In this document: positions 58,482 to 64,000 of the stretch, piece by piece | How the letters are laid out: every line of letters starts with the position of its first letter | Position numbering within the stretch: position 1 is the stretch's first letter | Source of the DNA: a virus | Direction: 5' to 3' (one strand) | Length of the DNA stretch: 64,000 bases | Virus record (IMG/VR): IMGVR_UViG_3300007539_000009 | Span: 119,185 to 183,184 of that record | Notes under the pieces: generated by a model | Seen by the model: only the letters and a program-made list of their open reading frames with translations | Database searches by the model: none | What the model was told of the DNA's origin: nothing | Program-made: the position numbers and the translations under genes

Positions 58482-58972
58482 TGACAGATCCTAGCTTCTC
58501 TGTGTGGCAAACCGCACTGAACGCAGCGCCGGCGGTCCGCAGCCGCTCAGCCTTGGAAAGGCATCAATCGCACGTATTCGACACGATCTTGGATAACTCT
58601 GTTACTCCGGATCAAATCGACGCAGCAGCAGTGCGCGGCATCAGGAGCGAGGTCCTCCACTACGGACTGGCGAACCGCATGGTCGAGCGCCGAAACTCGT
58701 ACGCCAGAACGCTACAAGCAGTGCAGTCGGCTCCTGATGCTGACCACGAGAAACGAACTCTTCTACAACAACTGATCGAACTGACCCCTGATACCAATGA
58801 CATCGAACAACGAGCAACAGCCCTCCGAGATGAACTTGCGGCTCGACTCGCAAGGCAAGCTACTGAAGAAGGTGGAGCTGGGGACGATGGCGAAGGCGTG
58901 GATGCCGGTGATCGACCGGAAGTCGGTGCCGGAGCTGGAGCTGACGGAGCCGCAGTTCCAACTGACGGATGA
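58481..58972 (+). CDS. Helical hypothetical protein (C-terminus overlaps the JAB gene)
   Basis: TAATG coupling to E2; the last 45-55 codons overlap the next ORF in another frame. Confidence 0.55.
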   Translation: MTDPSFSVWQTALNAAPAVRSRSALERHQSHVFDTILDNSVTPDQIDAAAVRGIRSEVLHYGLANRMVERRNSYARTLQAVQSAPDADHEKRTLLQQLIELTPDTNDIEQRATALRDELAARLARQATEEGGAGDDGEGVDAGDRPEVGAGAGADGAAVPTDG

Positions 58973-60614
58973 CTTCCCCCGCCTGAGCAGGTACGACCTC
59001 GACCTCACGATCCAGTACTACGCCCGAGTCTACGACCTGTACAAGACCGAGGCAGCGCTGCTCTACCACTACGAGGACAGCGAAGAGAAGTACTACACAC
59101 TCTCTCCTCCGTGGTACGCAGCCAACGGCGGACATGTCGAGTACGCCGGCATGTTTCACTGCTTCTGCCCCAGCTGCCAGATCCTGCAGACACAGCAAGT
59201 GGATACGTGCCCTGTGTGTGGAGGAACTGACATGCGAAAGTTCCAGTACATGGGGCAGTCGCACTCGCACGGCTCTGGGGGTGCCTTCACATCGGGCGAC
59301 GATGACGCCAACGAGGAAGTGATCAGCGGCTTCAAGTTCACTGTCGGCAAGGTCGACAAGCTGGCCGCCGAGATCTACCCCTCGTTCGTGATCGCAGTCG
59401 ACGGGTTCGTCAACAAGGAGCGCAGAGGTAAGCGCTTCCTGACTCGTCTCGACGAACTGGTGGACATGGGTTTTCCCGAGGGGCTGCAGCTCCAAGTTCG
59501 GCACTGGCTGCTGAACGTTGCAGCCCCGGAGAAGGCACGAGTGATGCGTCACATGACAGTGGTGGATCACCCGACGTTCGGGGGCGGGATGGACGCGATC
59601 CAGTTCATGTCCCCAGAGCCGGAGAAAGCGGCCCGATACTGCGAGCTGACCAAGGTGGATCCGAAGCTGATCATGTCGTCTACCCAGTGGGTAGATGCAC
59701 TTACGAAGCGGAAAGCGGAGGCCGCGAAGCAGTCGAACCACAGGTGGACTTCTGGATCGAACAAGTTGGTCGCCTCGACTTCGGTACCTTCAAAGCCTGG
59801 ACCCAACTCAAAGGCAAGCGTCCCCTCTACCCCGCCAAAGAAGCCGACGACATCAAGCGAGTTCGTCTGGGATCAACCCAACGAAGCATACAACCCGTTC
59901 ACAGGAAAAAGCAACAAGACTGGGGCGCTCAAGCGTTCAAATCAATCCGGGAGGCCATCGATGCCTTCCGACGACGTCAATCGTAACAGGATCCTTGTTG
60001 GCGTAATCGAATCGTGGCCTGTCTACGCGGACACGTCACACGGGTTCAACGCTGATACGTCACTGCTGGATCTAGTGCTTCAAGACGACCGCGATACGAA
60101 CTACCACACAGCACAAGAACTGGTAGAAGTACTGCTTAACGTCGCCGCTTTCTGTACGTGGTCCATCGTCGAGATGACTGATGAAGACGGAGACGGCAAC
60201 GACATGGCAGACGCAATGATGGATTGTGACTCGATCATCGATCCTATCGCACAAGCGTATGGCGTGAACACGTACGAGATCGCAGATGGTGTCGAAGAGC
60301 TGGTGTTCGCCACGCTCGACTGCATGGAGGCTGATTACGCTGAAGGTCGGCTTCTGGGTCTGCTAATTCTACTCTCCGAAGCGTTGGCACACCTGTGCGA
60401 GCCGATCGACAACGGAGAAGGGCCCAAGCCTGGGTCTGCGGACTATGCAACTGCTGTAGAAAAAAGCGTCATAAGTAACACGCTGCCTCTGCTTAACACA
60501 CTCGCCAGCAACGTGCTTTTCGATATTGCATACATCGTTGAGCGCATGTACTCAGAAGGGATTCAATGCAGAACTTCGCAATCGTCGGTTGCGGGGGCAC
60601 CGGCTACTACCTGA
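58797..60614 (+). CDS. JAB/JAMM isopeptidase-like protein (PRTRC protein A-like) with Zn ribbon and long C-terminal extension
   Basis: TEAALL, GQSHSHGSGGAFTSGDDDANE (HxH-x7-S-x2-D), GFKFTVGKVD; CPSC-x9-CPVC insert. Confidence 0.82.
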   Translation: MTSNNEQQPSEMNLRLDSQGKLLKKVELGTMAKAWMPVIDRKSVPELELTEPQFQLTDDFPRLSRYDLDLTIQYYARVYDLYKTEAALLYHYEDSEEKYYTLSPPWYAANGGHVEYAGMFHCFCPSCQILQTQQVDTCPVCGGTDMRKFQYMGQSHSHGSGGAFTSGDDDANEEVISGFKFTVGKVDKLAAEIYPSFVIAVDGFVNKERRGKRFLTRLDELVDMGFPEGLQLQVRHWLLNVAAPEKARVMRHMTVVDHPTFGGGMDAIQFMSPEPEKAARYCELTKVDPKLIMSSTQWVDALTKRKAEAAKQSNHRWTSGSNKLVASTSVPSKPGPNSKASVPSTPPKKPTTSSEFVWDQPNEAYNPFTGKSNKTGALKRSNQSGRPSMPSDDVNRNRILVGVIESWPVYADTSHGFNADTSLLDLVLQDDRDTNYHTAQELVEVLLNVAAFCTWSIVEMTDEDGDGNDMADAMMDCDSIIDPIAQAYGVNTYEIADGVEELVFATLDCMEADYAEGRLLGLLILLSEALAHLCEPIDNGEGPKPGSADYATAVEKSVISNTLPLLNTLASNVLFDIAYIVERMYSEGIQCRTSQSSVAGAPATT

Positions 60615-61303
60615 TCGAGCCCCTCGCAAAGTACTTGGCCATCCGGCACCCTGGATGCAACCTGTACTTGATCGACGGTGACGACGTGGAGAAGTCCAAC
60701 GTCGAACGTGCTTTCACCGAAGAGCACGTGAACCAGAAGAAAGCAGATGTTCTGCAACACAGGTTCGCGCAGACAGGCATGAACGTGCTATCTGTGCCGC
60801 ACTTCGTGAAGCCGGGCAAGCTGTGGCGAACCCACCACCAAGACTCGTGGTACCAAGACGGTCTGACGCTGTTCGCGGCGGTGGATAACCGAAAGACTCG
60901 CAAGTTCCTTCAGGACAAGGCAAGCGAGCTCAACAACGTGACGTACGTGGACGGCGGCAACGGCGCCCCGTACGATGCAAACGTCCTGATGTACGTACGG
61001 AGAAACGGTGTAGACCTGACACCACCGATCCATCACATCTACCCGTACATCGCCCACGAGGACGAAGAAGACTTCTTCCCCGGCGAAGAGAACTGTGGAG
61101 CACGGAGAGAGCGCATCCCGCAGGTCGGGTTGGTCAACGACCACCTGGCTTCGATGATGACGTGGCTCTGGCTGTCGCAGATCGATGAGCCGGAAAAGAA
61201 CGGTGGTTTGGATGGCCGGGACATCCTGAATCACTTGGAAATGGAGACGCTGGCTTGCACAGTCGCAGCGACTCCGAACCCCGGACTGGTACGTACCAAC
61301 TAA
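60566..61303 (+). CDS. ThiF/E1-like adenylyltransferase
   Basis: IVGCGGTG, LIDGDDVEKSNVER, AVDNRKTR, VDGGNG, EENCG, QVGLVN. Confidence 0.88.
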   Translation: MQNFAIVGCGGTGYYLIEPLAKYLAIRHPGCNLYLIDGDDVEKSNVERAFTEEHVNQKKADVLQHRFAQTGMNVLSVPHFVKPGKLWRTHHQDSWYQDGLTLFAAVDNRKTRKFLQDKASELNNVTYVDGGNGAPYDANVLMYVRRNGVDLTPPIHHIYPYIAHEDEEDFFPGEENCGARRERIPQVGLVNDHLASMMTWLWLSQIDEPEKNGGLDGRDILNHLEMETLACTVAATPNPGLVRTN

Positions 61304-61328
61304 CCAACAACACGACTGAGGAATAGAT

Positions 61329-61772
61329 ATGCCCCAAGGCAACAACCCCGCTTTCACCAACGACGGCCGCCGCATCGACTGGACCCCGAACAACACGGGA
61401 CAGCCGGCGGCTGGCTACGACGTGCACTTCACGCAGCTGACCGGGAACGACCTTCCCGCGCCGGTTGCGGCGGCTCCGGCTCCGTTTCCGGCGGCAGCGC
61501 CCGCTGCTGCTGCGGTTCCGGCTGCTCCGGCCGGTGACACGGCATCCGTGACCAAGGCGGGCACCGCTCGCTGGGACCAGCACCCCACCATCCAGGTGGC
61601 CGCCGGTACCACGGTGAACGATGCCATCCGTCAGTACCGCGAGACCGGTACGCAGCTGGAGAAGACGGTTCACGGCGCGCTGGACACCGGCGTGTACGTC
61701 GACCCGAACTACGCCCTGCAGGCCGGTGACGTGCTGCTGATCCAGCCCGTGCACAAGTCGCAGTCCAACTGA
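61329..61772 (+). CDS. Ubiquitin-like (beta-grasp, MoaD/ThiS-like) protein with Pro/Ala linker
   Basis: C-terminal IQVAAGTTVNDAI...VDPNYALQAGDVLLIQP pattern; last gene of the E2-JAB-E1 operon; ends HKSQSN. Confidence 0.65.
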   Translation: MPQGNNPAFTNDGRRIDWTPNNTGQPAAGYDVHFTQLTGNDLPAPVAAAPAPFPAAAPAAAAVPAAPAGDTASVTKAGTARWDQHPTIQVAAGTTVNDAIRQYRETGTQLEKTVHGALDTGVYVDPNYALQAGDVLLIQPVHKSQSN

Positions 61773-61823
61773 GGAAACTCAGTACACCGTAGTCGCATAG
61801 CGACTCGACATGTCCGTTGATTA

Positions 61824-62055
61824 GCTTGTGGTTTAGGTCAGCTTGGACACCTGACTCAAGATCGGCGGTAGCGCCGTTCGAGGTGTGCGTACCAGCCCCA
61901 CCACCCCAAGTCTAGGGCTTCCTCGTGCACAGTTTCAGTACCGGTGAATTAATCCGGTCGTTCCTCACGGGCGCCTCTGCAGAGGCTGCTCGGAACTTCG
62001 GCTTAATACACCAGTACTGAAAACTGTGCACGAGAAGCTCCTCTCCAGCACAAGC
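61824..62055 (+). ncRNA. Retron-like msr-msd unit 1
   Basis: Closing repeat GCTTGTG (61824-30)/CACAAGC (62049-55); G61831; CGGCG-GTAG-CGCCG (61863-76); long hairpin 61917-62038. Confidence 0.7.
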
Positions 62056-62082
62056 AGCAACTCTCCAAGCACTTCAATCTCA

Positions 62083-62327
62083 TACTCGCCCGTGGTCGAC
62101 TGGAAGACCGAAGGCCAAGGCCCGAAAGTCGCAGGTGTCGGTAGCGACATCGCTGGCGTAACGCTAGTCCATGACTTCCCCTCCCACGTCATGCAGGTCT
62201 TCGCAATTAGGCAAGGGTTCGTCTGGCGGCAAGTAGAAACTGGCCCAGTTTCTACTTCCCACCCGAGACGACTCACCCCCGCCATAATTACCAAGACCGT
62301 GCAGACATGAGAGCAGCACGAGCAGTA
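62083..62327 (+). ncRNA. Retron-like msr-msd unit 2
   Basis: Closing repeat TACTCGCCCGTG (62083-94)/CACGAGCAGTA (62317-27); G62095; GTGTCG-GTAG-CGACAT (62135-50); long hairpin about 62189-62310 with a perfect 13-bp apex AAGTAGAAACTGG/CCAGTTTCTACTT. Confidence 0.7.
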
Positions 62328-62339
62328 CACCTACCAAAC

Positions 62340-62903
62340 CAAACGCAAGTAGTTCTTATCAGTCCCTGTTGGTGAATGTTGGACCGTATATGCGGTCTTA
62401 TGCTGTGATCCAAAAACACTGAGCAGCGGCGGTAGCGCCGTTGTTGAGACCAACACCAGCTGGCCCACACCAGCTCCACCCAGTGCGAGATGCCTACTGC
62501 ACCTAAGGCAACGCCGGATGATGACGACGCTGCGAACTATTGGATGCTCACAGCGCGCCTGCGTCATCCGGCGGGCACTCCCTCCGTCGGAGGCGTTGAC
62601 AAGGCTGTAGCGCGACGCGCGCGAAGTGAGCTCGAGACAATATCCAAAGTCGTGGCTAATGCCTCGAAACAGAACACGGAGATCGGCATAGCCGCAACTC
62701 GGATATCAACTCGAGCTCACCATCGCACACGACGCACACAACCTCGTCAATAACCCCCTCCGCCGGACTTCGTCACCCGACGGATGACGCAGAGCGCGCT
62801 GTGACACATCCAATAGTTCACGCTTACGTCATCATCTGTCGGCGTGTCCTTAGGTGCATCCGGCATGCTCGCACTGGGATTCGACTCCTCGTACCTGCGT
62901 TTG
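62340..62903 (+). ncRNA. Retron-like msr-msd unit 3
   Basis: Closing repeat CAAACGCAAGTA (62340-51)/TACCTGCGTTTG (62892-903); G62352; CAGCGGCG-GTAG-CGCCGTTG (62424-43); 400-nt imperfect hairpin 62479-62878. Confidence 0.75.
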
Positions 62904-62912
62904 CCCCCTTCA

Positions 62913-63389
62913 CAGAGCTAGTTAACAACTCCCTTGGAGTTGGCGGCGGTAGCGCCGTCGATAGGCATTGCCAGCGGCAGGGACACCAGATCCCCTACGC
63001 CGGACACGGTTGACCGTGGGTTTGACAAAACCGGATGCCGACTTCCGTACCGAAGACCAGGTGCCACCACGAGGTAAACTCTCCATCCGGACATCACTTC
63101 CGCATTCGTGCACGTGCACAGAAGTCGCCGACGGGGTCACTTGGCGACCACAGGTATTGGTTACGCAACACCCTAAAGACCATCACGATCAGGTACGGGT
63201 GTACGATACTCAACTACCTCAGGTAGCCAAAGACCTCGATCGGCGACAGCTGTACCCGCTGCCAAACGCGTTAGCAACGCCCGAAGGAGAACTCACCTCG
63301 AGGTAACACCCGGCCTCCGGCCTCCAGCCGACATCTGCCGGTTTGACAAACCCACGTCAACCTGTCCTGCGTCGGTTCTAGTAGCTCTG
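62913..63389 (+). ncRNA. Retron-like msr-msd unit 4
   Basis: Closing repeat CAGAGCTA (62913-20)/TAGCTCTG (63382-89); G62921; CAACTCC/GGAGTTG hairpin; CGGCG-GTAG-CGCCG (62944-57); 376-nt imperfect hairpin 62997-63372. Confidence 0.75.
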
Positions 63390-63450
63390 CCCAACCAAGG
63401 AGGCGTCCAGTAACATGGGCGCCTCCTACTACCTACAGCTATCACTTTAG

Positions 63451-64000
63451 ATGCCCAAAAGAAGACTTCGCGACCCGATCGACTACGTCAACTGGAACCT
63501 GCTGACGCGGGACCTGCACATCGATGAGGGAACTGACCACGAGAGAGCGCTGCGTGTCGTGCTACGCAACCAGTTCACGGACGCAGTAGAGAAGGTGCTC
63601 GGTATCAGCGTGTTCGACACCTTCAACCCCGAGCCCCCGAAAGACGACGACGACCTGTTCGATGACTTGACAGACGAGGTCGACGAAGAGGAGGAGCCGG
63701 AGAAGCTCCCGCCGGTAGCACCTGCGATCAAAGAGCAGGCAGACAAGAAGCAGCCAGTGCGCATCCTGCAGGTGCCGCCGCCTGCGAAGCGCAAAGGGAC
63801 GCAGGGGATGACCCCGATCCACCGCGCGTTCTATTTGCGTCCAGACGACGGCCCGATGGAGGTGTTGGACTTTGACGAGGAACTAACTGCTGCACTGACA
63901 GAGACCGAAGAGTTCCCCATCAACTGCGGCTGCTACCACCCGAAAGCTCAGACTTGGGTGTGCTACTCCTCAGCCCACATCGAGACGTTCAAGTTCCACA
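63451..64000 (+). CDS. Hypothetical protein (partial, runs off the window)
   Basis: Open frame MPKRRLRDPIDYVNWNLL... to the end of the window, with an acidic linker. Confidence 0.7.
   Translation, partial: MPKRRLRDPIDYVNWNLLTRDLHIDEGTDHERALRVVLRNQFTDAVEKVLGISVFDTFNPEPPKDDDDLFDDLTDEVDEEEEPEKLPPVAPAIKEQADKKQPVRILQVPPPAKRKGTQGMTPIHRAFYLRPDDGPMEVLDFDEELTAALTETEEFPINCGCYHPKAQTWVCYSSAHIETFKFH

Noticed and set aside
58860-59741. 293-aa minus-strand ORF
   Set aside because: Antisense shadow of the high-GC3 JAB gene.
61860-62960. CRISPR array based on the repeated CGGCGGTAGCGCCGT motif
   Set aside because: Only 3 exact and 1 covarying copy of a ~15-nt motif, with spacing of 270-520 nt, and no cas genes.
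61965-63306. Short ORFs listed in the ncRNA array (e.g. 61965-62330, 62490-62753, 62968-63306)
   Set aside because: No coding-like codon bias or motifs; the sequence is better explained by base-pairing constraints.
56519-63389. Diversity-generating retroelement interpretation of the RT and repeats
   Set aside because: The RT has retron-type LPQGAPTSP/YADD/VxG motifs. The repeats are inverted rather than direct TR/VR pairs, mismatches are not adenine-specific on one strand, and no Avd-like gene was seen.
63397-63453. Strong SD (AAGGAGG) with an 11-codon ORF whose TAG is in frame with and abuts the next ATG, suggesting amber recoding
   Set aside because: TAG terminates many long genes in this window (e.g. 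9882, 39755, 51127) and no suppressor tRNA is present. It is at most a coupling leader peptide.
1-64000. Cellular chromosome or integrated prophage boundary
   Set aside because: No housekeeping operons, rRNA, integrase or att-like junction seen; gene content and tight coupling fit a large phage genome throughout.

Overview
A 64 kb segment of a large, GC-rich tailed-phage (myovirus/jumbo-type) genome. Most of the minus strand is virion morphogenesis: a >2270 aa baseplate/tail protein, baseplate J, gp25-like, tail-fibre-like proteins, a hub-like protein, a tape-measure-like protein and a tail-assembly-chaperone pair with an A AAA AAC -1 frameshift. Interspersed are 8 tRNAs, a cluster of 6 glycosyltransferases and 2 methyltransferases coupled to GroES, two paralogous PcRGLX/YetA-like toroid proteins, SGNH and alpha/beta esterases, a sigma-70-like factor, an OMP-like lipoprotein and a kinase-less ethylene-receptor-like (CxxxH)+PAS membrane protein in a lysis-like cassette. 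The best candidate for an undescribed system is on the plus strand at 56.1-63.4 kb. A retron-type reverse transcriptase overlaps the start of an E2/JAB/E1(ThiF)/ubiquitin-like operon. Directly after it lies a 1.6 kb non-coding array of four tandem, sequence-divergent units with a shared architecture: closing inverted repeat, unpaired G, conserved CG-GTAG-CG stem-loop, ~37 nt linker and a 120-400 nt imperfect hairpin. These look like four retron msr-msd ncRNAs. All calls come from reading motifs and pairing sequences by eye; no database searches or folding programs were run.
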